Shown here: positions 25,255 to 37,046 of the stretch, in pieces
How the letters are laid out: every line of letters starts with the position of its first letter
How positions within the stretch are numbered: position 1 is the first letter of the stretch
Origin: Octopus vulgaris
Taxonomy: Eukaryota
Assembly (NCBI GenBank): GCA_951406725.2
Contig: OX597816.1
Coordinates: 8,494,001 to 8,558,000, forward strand
DNA: 64,000 nucleotides
Direction: 5' to 3'
The notes under the pieces: generated by a model
What the model was told of the DNA's origin: nothing
The model's database searches: none
What the model saw: the letters and a program-made list of their open reading frames with translations, nothing else
Made by a program: the position numbers and the translations under genes

Positions 25255-26900
25255 GTTGAAATATTTGGGGTAGGCAGCAGCGACAGGAGGTTGAGTGTTG
25301 TAAGCGTACTTTTGGGAGATAAATTCATTGAAGTAGTCAGAGTGACTGATTGGATAGTTAAGTTGAGACTAGTCTTAGATAAATCAACAGTTACCCTTAT
25401 CTCTGTATTTGCCCCAAGTTCTAGTCTGGTAGATGACCGGAAGGGCTTTTCACTCTACATCATCATCATCGTTTAACATCCGTTTTCCATGCTAGCATGG
25501 GTTTGATGGTTTGACCGGGATCTGGGAAGCCAGGAGGCTGCACCAGGCTCCAGTCTGATCTGGCAGTGTTTCTACAGCTGGATGCCCTTCCTAACACCAA
25601 CCACTCCATGAGTGTAGTGGGTGTTTTTTATGCGCCAGGGGAGGCTGGCAAACGGCCATGATCGGTTGGTGCTTTTACGTGTCACCGACATGGACGCCAG
25701 TCAGGCAGCACTGGCACCTGCCGCGTTCGAACGGTACTTTTTACATGTCAACGGTACGGGTATCTCAACTACAATTTCCATTTGATTTTTATTTTGATGT
25801 ACCTGACCCAATAGGTCTCCTCAAGAACAGCGGTTCACTCTACAATCCAAGGTTCGCACAGCAGGCCGTCCTGCGAGCCATGAACTCACTTCGTTCGTTG
25901 GGTTTTAACAGTCACAGCCTATCTCAGAGGGTCTCGGTCTTCGTCAAGACAAATGACAAATTGATTATCTTGACCAGTGAGTTCAACCGATATACTGGAC
26001 AGCACTCCTATGGATCTCATGGGGCACATGGAGGTTACAGCTTTGGTTCCACAAATGAGGAAGGTGTAGGCTACTGGAGTTAGCTGAATATTCCTAATCT
26101 TGTGGGTTCATGGGTGCCAGTGCCACATAAAATGCCCCTGTGCCAGTGTTAGGTAAAAGTACACATGCTGCATAAAAGCACCCGGTACACTGTGTAAAGT
26201 GGTTGGCATTAGGAAGAGCATCCAGCCATAGAAAGTATACCAAAACAGACATGGAGCCCAGGTAACTGCCCAGCTGACCAGAATTTTGGTCAAAGGAATT
26301 GGCCCCCAGTACTTTGCTTTCCATTGTTTTTGAATCGATAGGTAAGTACCAATTGAGCAGAGTGGTTTAGTGGAATGTCAGATGATAAGTGTTATGGTAT
26401 CTCCATGGTTCTGTGTGGGGTATGAATTCAGAATCCAAGACAGACCACCATTACAGAGAAGTAACCTCTTCTGGGTGAACTAACAAAAACGAAAAAAAAA
26501 GATACCAAACTTGTAAGCTTACTTCCTTATTGAGCGTAATTATCAAAAAGCACAAAGGGGTCACGAGATAACTATCTTTCATCTTTTACTTCTTTCAAAC
26601 CATGAGAAATGGTCGTTAAATGATGGCGATAATGATGACTGACTTCAGGAAACAAGCAAGCCACTTGATAATCTATCAGTCTGGTGAGTTCACTGGCCAA
26701 ATTGATTACACAACCACCAGAAAACAGGATAGACAGATGCTTGTGCATGTAAGGTTGTTCTCTGAAGATTGTACAACGCAACATAGGTTAGTGGTTTGTG
26801 GCTTCATACTTGAAAAGAGAAGAACTTAAGGAAAGAGGATATGGAAGCCCCAAAACTGGCAGAAATTTGAATTGAAGCACCTGATGGGAAGGAAGAGGAG
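25255..26900 (+). pseudogene. Old RTE AP-endonuclease fossil split by later insertions
   Basis: Collinear pieces VVRVTDWIVKLRLVL..LISVFAP, EFNRYTG...HGGYSFGSTNEEG and YQSG...QIDY...CTTQHRLVV, matching RTE APE motifs. Confidence 0.7.
26313..26597 (+). repeat. ~285-bp direct repeat, copy 1
   Basis: Nearly identical to 27841-28124. Confidence 0.85.
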
Positions 26901-27840
26901 TAACAGACATAGCAAAGAGCTGCTGATGGAAAGGGCATCCACCTGTAGAAATCTGCATCAATGAATTCCACCCGCCTTACACAAACATGGAAAAGTGTAT
27001 ATTAAAGCAATAATGATGATGATGAGGGAGACTAATGGAAGTCTGTATCACTATTAGTGCAGAAAGAAATGTCAAAATTGCGCCCTCCTCAAAGTGGTGT
27101 CCAGGGCATGTGCCCTGCTTGCCCCACTCTAGCTATGCCCCTGGACCCAAGGGGGTTTCGTCCAGATCCCATATATTAATCATGACATTTTTCCTAGCCA
27201 AAATTGTGACCTTATTACTGACTCACCAGCTGGGTACCCCATTGATCTAGGGTGTACGACCCATTACTCCCTCCCTCACCCACCATCTTCTGCTTCATCC
27301 TGAAAAACCCCCTTTTTTAGTCTTTATTTTCCTTGGTGAGGTACTTCTGGGGTACTTGATAATCTGATCTTTTGCCCTTTTAATGTTTTTTCTTTACTTC
27401 CTATAAAAATAACAGGTTGTACACCCCAGACCAAATGGAGTGTTCAGTCGCACCCCAGGGACATAGCACTATTAGTTCAGAAAAAAATGTCAAAAATAAT
27501 TTTCACTGGCACAGTGCTAGTGCCACATAAAAAGCATTGGTGCTGGTGCCATGTCAAAAGCACTGATGCTGGTAACATGAAAAAAAGCACCCAGTACACT
27601 TTGTAAAAGAGTTGTTGTTAGGGAGGGCATCCTGTTGTAGAAACCAAGCCAAAACATATAACTGGAGTGTTTGACTTTGCCAGCTCCTGTCAAGATGTCC
27701 AATGTATGCCAGCATGGAAAATGGACGTTAAATGATGATGATGAAAAGAAGAAATATCTAAAGTTTTGGGTTAGGGTTTTTAATGCTCTGTAGTTGTTTC
27801 AGTTCCTTGTTTTCCAAGTTCAAATCCTGCCTAGGTCGAC

Positions 27841-28124
27841 TTTGCTTTCCACTGTTTTTGAGTTGATAGGTAAGTACCAATTGAGCAGAGTGGTTTAGTG
27901 GAATGTTAGATGATAAGTGTTATGGTATCTCCATGGTTCTGTGTGGGTTATGAATTCAGAATCCCAGACAGACCACCATTACAGAGAAGTAACCTCTTCT
28001 GGGTGAACTAATAAAAAAGAAAAAAAAGATACCAAACTCGAAAGTTTACTGTCTTATTGAGCATAATTATCAAAGAGCACAAAGGGTTCACGAGATAACT
28101 ATCTTTCATCTTTTACTTCTTTCA
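27841..28124 (+). repeat. ~285-bp direct repeat, copy 2
   Basis: Nearly identical to 26313-26597. Confidence 0.85.
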
Positions 28125-29160
28125 ATTACTAGACTACGAGCATGCTGGGGCATTACTTTAAAGTTCGAGTGAGGTCGTTGCCAGTACCGCCTGACTGGCC
28201 CTCGTGCTGGTGGCATGTAAAAAACACCCACTACACTCTCGGAGTGGTTGGCGTTAGGAAGGGCATCCAGCTGTAGAAACACTGCCAGATCAAGACTGGA
28301 GCCTGGTGCAGCCATCTGGTTTGCCAGACCTCAGTCAAATCGTCCAACCCATGACAGCATGGAAAGCAGACGTTAAACGATGATGATGATGATGAATTTT
28401 AATCAAATGAATTGACCCCAGTACCTTTTAAAAAATTTTTGTAAAGCCTGGTTCTTATTCTATAGGTCTCAGGATGTAAACACACCAACAGTGGCTGTCA
28501 AGCAGTGGTGGGGGATAGGCACACACACACAAACACACGATGGGCCCCTTTCAGTCTCCATCAACCAAATCCACTCACAAAACTTTAGTCGACTCAAGGT
28601 TGTAGTAGAAGACATGCCCAAGGTGCCCTACAGTGGAATGGAACCAGGTGGTTGGGCAGGAAACCTCCTACCACACAGCTGATGTTAAGACATTGAATAG
28701 CCTTAAATTCTTGTACGGACTCATTCTGTCCACCTTTTGCTCCTTACCTCTCTTGCTATGCTTACAACTTACTCTGCTTTTTCTATTTCCATCCCTAATG
28801 TGTCACTACCACCTCTTGGACATGAAACTTGTGTGGCACTGTGAAGTTAAAATATAAATTTATAAGTTACAGAAAGCTAATGGGGCTTTCCTCATTGATT
28901 TTTTATTTTTTAGCAAATATCTTAATATTTTTCTATTCCTTTAAAGTTTCTATTTCTTGCAAAATAAATAAATAAATTAAGAGATACATATTAATGCTGT
29001 TATAATTGGTCTTAATTTGCCTTGTTGAAATTTTTAAGGATAGAAATGTCATAGAAGAACCATTGCTATTTTAAAAATTCTTTTTCTCCTTAGTTGGCTT
29101 CTGTAGTGTTTCCAAAGTTAATAAAAGTACTTTAGTGGTAGTCAGGGACTTATATATATA

Positions 29161-31819
29161 TCATCATCATCATCATCATCATCCTTTAATGTCCGTTTTC
29201 CGCGCTAGCACAGGTTGGACGGTTCGACCGGGGTCTGGGAGCCAGGGGCTGCACTAGGCTCCAGTCTGATCTGGCAGTGTTTCTACAGCTGGTTGCCTTT
29301 CCTAACGCCAACCACTCCGCAAGTGTAGTGGGTGCTTTTTACGTGCCACCGGCACAGGTGCCAGGGGAATCTGGCATCATCCACGATTGGTTGGTGCTTT
29401 TAACGTGCCACCGGCACGGAAGCCAGTCAAGGCGGCGCTGGCATCGGCCATGTTCGGATGGTGCTTTTTATGTGCCACCAGCACAGGTATCACAACTATT
29501 ATTTCCATTGATATTTATTTCGATGTTCATGTACTTGACTCAACAGGTCTCTCCAAGCACAGCGGGATGTTCTGGAATCCAAGGTACTTTGAATGGGCAG
29601 GGGCTATGCGGAACTGGTGCAGGAAGCAGCCCGGGTCTTTGCAGTCACAGCATATCTCCAGAGATCTCAGTCCTTTGCCATTGCCTCTGTGAGGCCCAAC
29701 GCTCTGAGGTCATGCTTGACTACCTCATCCCATGTCTTCCTGGGTCTACCTCTCCCCCTGATACCTTCAACTGTTTGGGAGCGGCACTTCTTCACACAAC
29801 TCTCCTCATCCATCCACAGTACATGACCATACCATCGCAAGTGTCGCTCTTGCACACCACATCTGATGCTTCTTATGTCCAGCATTTCTCTCAGGGTGCT
29901 TACACTCTGTCGTGAGTGCACACTGACATTACACATCCAGCGGATCATGCTAGCTTCATTTCTTTCAAGTCTACGCATGTCCTATGCAGTCACGGCCCAT
30001 GTTTCACTACCGTGAAGCATGGCAGTTCGCACACATGCATCATACAATCTACCTTTCACTCTGAGCGAGAGACCCTTTGTCGCCAGTAGGGGTAGGAGCT
30101 TTCTAAACTTTGCCCAGGCTATTCGTATTCTAGAGGTGATACTCTCTGAGCATCCACCTCCACTACTAACTTGGTCACCCAGGTAGCGGAAACTATCAAC
30201 TACTTCTAGTTTCTTACCCTAGAGTGTGATGGAATCTGTTTTCTGAGTATCTGTGGTGTCTATTGTCCCTGTGCATCTGCCGCACATGAAAGCTATCTTA
30301 TCAGTTAATTTCCCTTTGATGTTGCTGCACCTCTTATGCGTCCATAGCTTACACTGGGTACATCTTATGGAGTTTCTACCTACACCTTTCCTACAGATCG
30401 AGCAAGGCCACCTGCCCGAGGGAGTGTGTGCTGAGTTCGCCTTTCTGCTCACTATAACTTTGGTCTTTGCTACATTTACTCTAAGGCCCTTTGATTCTAA
30501 CCCTTGCTTCCACACCCGAAATTTCTTTTCTAGCTCCGGTAATGATTCAGCTATGAGAGCCAGGTCATCAGCATAGAGGAGCTCCCAGGGGCAACCTGTT
30601 TTGAATTCCTCTGTTATTGCCTGGAGGACTATGATGAATAAAAGGGGACTGAGGGCTGAGCCTTGGTGTACACCTACTTCTACCCGGAATTCTTCACTAT
30701 ATTCGTTGCCAATTCTAACCTTGCTGATAGCCTCTCTGTATAGGGCCTGTACAGCCCTTATTAGCCATTCGTCAATCTCCAGTTTCCGCATCGACCACCA
30801 GATAAGGGATCGGGGGACCCTATCAAAGGCTTTCTCCAAGTCCACAAAAGCTATGTAGAGGGGTTTATCTTTAGCTAGGTACTTCTCCTGCAGTTGTCGG
30901 ACCAGGAATATAGCATCAGTGGTGCTTCTACCCGGCACAAAACCGAACTGCATCTCATCTAAGCAAATTCTCTCCCTAATGAGATGGGCTATGACCCTCT
31001 CTGAGACCTTCATCACCTGATCCAACAGTTTAATACCCCTGTAGTTATTTCTATCTAGAGCATCACCCTTACCCTTGTAGCAGTTGACTATGGTGCTGCT
31101 ACACCAGTCATTGGGTATGACTCCATTGTGAACTACCTGGTTTACAATGCGGGTGACTAGGCCATAGCCCACATAACCAGCTGTTTTAAGCATCTCAGCA
31201 GTGATTCCTGATGGGCTGGTGGCTTTACCTGGTTTCATACCCTTAATTGCCTTAACTACAAGGGAGCTGTCTATTTGGATAGCTGGTCCCTCTACTGGGT
31301 CAACATTTGGCAGGCTCTCCTCCTCCCATTCATTCTCCACATTCAGCAGTCTTTTATAATGGCTTCTCCAAGCCTCTTTCTTTTCACCGTCATTAAAAGC
31401 GAGTGCCCCATCATCCATGCGGACACATTTCTTTCCTGTAACATCACTATTTTCTCTCACACACTGTCTAGCAATCCGAAATACCTCAGTTCTTTGGTCC
31501 TCACGTCGCTGGACATTGGCAAACTTCTTCTTTTCTGCTACATCTTTGGCTATGTATACCTGCTGCCCAGCCTTCCTTTTGGCTACCTGGTACAGTTCTC
31601 TGCTACCCCCATCCTGCCAGGCTTTCCAGGCCTGTTTCTTTGCACTAATGGCTTTGCCTACTGCACTATTCCACCACCACGTAACTCTAGAGGTCTGGAA
31701 GGGACTTTGCACCATCCACAGACTTGGTCTGTGGCACTCAGCAAGCTGTCCCGTAGGAATTTCCAGCTACCTTCTATGTCCGACGTCTGTAGCTCCTCCT
31801 CCTTCTCATCAAATTTCTT

Positions 31820-31820
<1 letters not shown>
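29161..31820 (-). mobile_element. 5'-truncated RTE-clade LINE (RT + PHD finger + 3' UTR, (GAT)n tail)
   Basis: RT motifs NYRGIKL, QFGF, FVDLEKAFDRV, GVHQGSALSP, YADD; C-terminal HLRWYGHV and GRGRPRKTW; no endonuclease; both ends abut (TA)n. Confidence 0.93.
29667..31715 (-). pseudogene. RTE ORF2 reverse transcriptase with premature in-frame stops
   Basis: 498-aa ORF 30219-31715 continues in frame through TAG stops at ~30219 and ~29982 into ORF 29667-29978; frameshift near 31715. Confidence 0.9.
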
Positions 31821-32610
<790 letters not shown>

Positions 32611-32899
32611 AATTAGTTTGGCCTGCCCTGCTAAAACTGGTATTTGAACGTAAATACCAGGGTTTCGCAATTCTTTCTGTCGCCACCCGGCTATTTGTAT
32701 TCTCATGAATAGAAGAGTTATACAGCTCTGGAGTTATTCCCGACCAGGATCTGGTGCTGTTCAGGTGTGGCTGGGAATTGTTTTTAGGCCAAAATCGCGA
32801 TGGATCTATTTAACCACAGTGTTTCTCGCTTCATTACCGACATCGAAAGAGAGAGAAAACGGAAAACCTAAAGGATGTAAATATTCGAAAATGGATTTG

Positions 32900-33477
32900 T
32901 TGTTCTACGATGAAAAATTGAGGCGAAATTCCTGATTTCTTCCTCACCAAAAACCAGGAAACAAGAATCTGCGACCACCAAACATTGACAAATGACGAAC
33001 GGCAAATGGAAAAAAACTCGGAAAATAAACGTTTAACCATGGAATAGACTATATTATATTATATTATCCATGTGAACATTTAATAAAAGCCCCGATTCTG
33101 ACCATTTTTTTAGTTAGGTTTAAAAGCCTCGCGTCTTTATCGGTTCGCGTTGCTGTTTATATATACGTGACAATCTACACACACACACACTAATATATAT
33201 ATATATATATATATACACTCACTGCACATGTTTATTTATATCTAGTTTCGTGTCCTGTGGTTGGAAGTGCCGAAGGATCTTTATGCTGTCCAAACACACT
33301 AAGTAATGTGGATGTGATTGAAATAAAGATAAAAGTAAAAAAGATCCTCATTGAATCAGTCCTAGAATCCAACGACCAAAACCTATTATAACGGGGGGTC
33401 CAAAATACTGTTGTGTTGTTTTCTTTTTCTGGAAGAGGAAGCAACCGAGCAGAAAGTTGAAAAAACAAAAAGGAAAA
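32900..33477. promoter_or_regulatory. Putative promoter / 5' UTR region
   Basis: Unique, CpG-richer sequence directly upstream of an ATG exon with a strong donor. Confidence 0.4.
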
Positions 33478-33541
33478 ATGGAATTTCTGCAAAATTTAGC
33501 AAGTTCACTAAAAAATGCTCGAACAGTTGAATTGCCTTACG
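33478..33541 (+). CDS. Probable first coding exon of an unidentified gene
   Basis: aaaaATGG context, MEFLQNLASSLKNARTVELPY + G, then consensus donor G|GTAAGT; no downstream exon identified in window. Confidence 0.5.
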
Positions 33542-33930
33542 GTAAGTCAATTAATTTCACAATATTTAATTGGTATTTTTTGGTATTTTTTCGAAATATT
33601 TTCGTCTCTAGATCTATGTCAATCGTTTTGTTTATTTCCTCTTGTTTATGGACATCCGTGTTTGTTTGTAGTTGAGGGGGGATTGGCCATTAATGTTTTT
33701 ATTTAGATTCTGAAGTGCATTGAGTGCTTTTTTGTGGAAGAATTTGGGTGACGCGGGTCTCCTGGACGGTTGCGAATTATGTATTTTCGGTCAGTGCCCG
33801 CCCGATTGCATCACACCACACTCTACTAATATAAACACCTTTTCAAGGGACTCGCAAACATAAACTTCCACCGTTCCTAATATTATACTCGATATGGAAC
33901 CGACGATATATATATATGTATATATGTATG

Positions 33931-33987
<57 letters not shown>

Positions 33988-34005
33988 ATATATATATATA
34001 TATGA

Positions 34006-34076
34006 AACTATAAATAAGGGTATCTGAGAGACACCAATATGCCAAAATAGTCTCTCAGATACCCTTATTTATAGTT
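34006..34076. repeat. Perfect 27-bp inverted repeat, 17-nt loop
   Basis: aactataaataagggtatctgagagac / gtctctcagatacccttatttatagtt, directly after a TA run. Confidence 0.9.
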
Positions 34077-34154
34077 GTAAAAAATTATTACCTTTGTATG
34101 GTATTTATTCCCATGCTGGCCACTTGATAATATCGATATTATCCTTATTTATAA

Positions 34155-34193
<39 letters not shown>

Positions 34194-34437
34194 AAAGTAA
34201 GTTAGGGGTTATGGATGTAACCCACTGAGGGATATTATTTATCCAATATACTGTTGGTGCAGTACCCAGATTCTTAATGCATAAATGTTTTTAATTGCAA
34301 TGCAATTAACTCATTTATTGTATTATCGTTTGTGTGTGTGTATATTGTAAGAATTCCGAAACTTCGAGATTTATGAAAGAAATCGTTTCGAACGTGGAAA
34401 TTGAAGTTTAAAAAGCTATAATTAACAGCGTGTAAAA

Positions 34438-34762
34438 CAGTGGTTCCCAACCGGGGTCCATATAAGATTTCTAAGGGTCCACACGAGCAAAATAGTAAAT
34501 TGAGGATCCACAATATTGTTTTAGGGTCAGGGTTTAAAATAATGTTACTTTGGATGTATTTATTGTGAGAAACAGCCAGGTTTCTTTCTCTAAACATTTT
34601 ACTTCAAACAAACACAAGTGAATGTGGGAAAAAACAAAATAGGAATTTTTAAAGAAGTTTCTATAAAACTAGAATGGCTAGGGGGGGGTCCATCAGAATA
34701 GAATAGTAATCAAAGGGTTAAAGGGGTTTATAGGTAAAAAAAAAAATTATTGGGAACCACTG
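34438..34762. mobile_element. hAT-type MITE
   Basis: Perfect 13-bp TIR CAGTGGTTCCCAA/TTGGGAACCACTG; 8-bp flanks gtgtaaaa/gtgtagta. Confidence 0.8.
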
Positions 34763-36235
34763 GTGTAGTATATTGGGTTAAAACATAACTTAGATGTAAG
34801 AGTCGAAGGCTCCCATGGGACACGAACCCACATCTTCTGCAGATCGTTCTAAGATTATTATACTCGTAGCCTTCGACCCTTTTTTTTCATCTAAAGGTTT
34901 TTTTTAAAACCTAATATTCTTCTGTTATTTCTACCTTTCTATGTTCTGAGTTCTACCGTCTTCTCTATAACATATGTATCTATGGCCACTCCCATGTTCC
35001 GTTGACTATTCAACCACGACTGTTAATTTCGCTCCATTTAAGACATGTGCATTCCACAGCCACATTCCATTAAGCAGAAACAGGGAAAGAAGAAACGGTA
35101 AGAACAACAATAAAACCAAATTACACTTGGGTTTCATTTCTGAAGGTAAACAAAAACAAAAATAAACCTTCACCAATATTTATAAATGCACTTAATATAC
35201 ATTGCTTGTTGGTTATCTTTTGACTAACTAAAATGAAACTGATATATAAACAAAGATATTCCAACCATGACCATCTTGTCTGTTTAGGTGCATGTAGGGA
35301 CTACATTATCTGATGTGTTCTCCCCTTACATAAGGTGGCATAGTGTAAATTTTAGGGAGATTTGGCTGCTATTTCTAGCAGATCGATCGACCATGTTGAA
35401 GCTTCCTCGCAGGTTTTATTTATATACATGACCTGTTTATTTTGTCGTTTTTTTTTGTGGAAAAATTAGTAGAGCACCACAACACGAGCCAACGTGGAAG
35501 CCTTCGTATGGCCACTCGATCTACTAGAAAGAGTAGCGAAATCTCCCTGAGATTACATCGTTTCGTCTTTAAAAAAACCCCATTTGATAATGTAAGCAAT
35601 TAAAATACCGCTTTATAAATACGGTTGATCACGGTTGGAACGTCTTTCTTAGTTTCTCTACGAAATAGTATTGACCTGAACTAAACAATAACACCAAACA
35701 ACCTTGCGGTATTTTAATTGCGTCTCTTGGTGGTTAAGTTCCCACCGAGGTCCGCTTTGACCTACGTTCTTATGGGGGGGAGGAGTGCGGCGGGGGTGGC
35801 CGATCGATAAAATAAAGTACCAATCAGGTATCCGGTGTGTGGGGGTGGGGAATCGATTCGATCGATTGTCCCACAACAAACCAATGAAAAACAAATGTGG
35901 TCTTCTTGCTTAGATCAGAAAAAAATGATTAAATTAGCGAAAGCAATTAGACTCTGGGGGGAAATAAGAGTAGAAGATTATGTGTTAGTGTAGAATTGTT
36001 TATACATTTATAATTATTTTTTTTTTAACTAAAAGGTAATTGCTAAGCAACTCGAGTATAACTTCGGCAATACGTTTATATTGTAGGTCATTGACAGTAT
36101 GGTCTTTTTAATGAATTATTAATTAAATTTGCTAAATAATATCAGACACGAGCAGTATTTATTTTAATTTTACTACCCTTTCCACAAGATGTGCGTCTAC
36201 TATACATTGTGTATGTGTGTGCGTATAATAAATAA

Positions 36236-36307
<72 letters not shown>

Positions 36308-36449
36308 ATTCATAAGCGCAGGTGTGTCTTTGTAGGTAAGAAGCTTGCTTCCCAACTAACTACGCGGTCTCAGGTTCAGTCCAGCTGCGTGGCTCCTTCG
36401 GCTGTCTTCTACCATTCTCCCGGAAACCCGAAAGAAGTCCGTCGTGTAC

Positions 36450-36483
<34 letters not shown>

Positions 36484-37001
36484 TTACCCTTGTCTAGACA
36501 TCATGTGATGATTGTAACATTCACACCACCACACAAACGATGTTGTTTGTTTCCAGTTTTCTGTGAAAATAAACCGCGGCCATGAAGGGTACCCGGCTAT
36601 AGAACATCTGTCTCGACAAATTCCGTTTGCAATTATGAAAAATAGAAATGATATAGATTATTCTTTTATTCGTTTTAGCCCAAAGGCTGTGGCCATGCTG
36701 GAACATCACCAGTGTTAACTGCCATTCTTATATGAATGTATGTATACGTGTCTGTACACACACACACAAATACACGTGTATATATAAATACATATCCATA
36801 TTCATACCAATATCATCATCATCATCATCGTTTAGCGTCCGCTTTCAATGCTAGCATGGGTTGGACGGTTCAACTGGGGTCTGGGAAGCCAGGAGGCTGC
36901 ACCAGGCTCCAGTCTGATCTGGCAATGTTTCTACGGCTGGATGCCCTTCCTAACGCCAACCACTCCGTGAGTGTATTGGGTGCTTTTTACGTGCCACCGG
37001 C

Positions 37002-37046
<45 letters not shown>

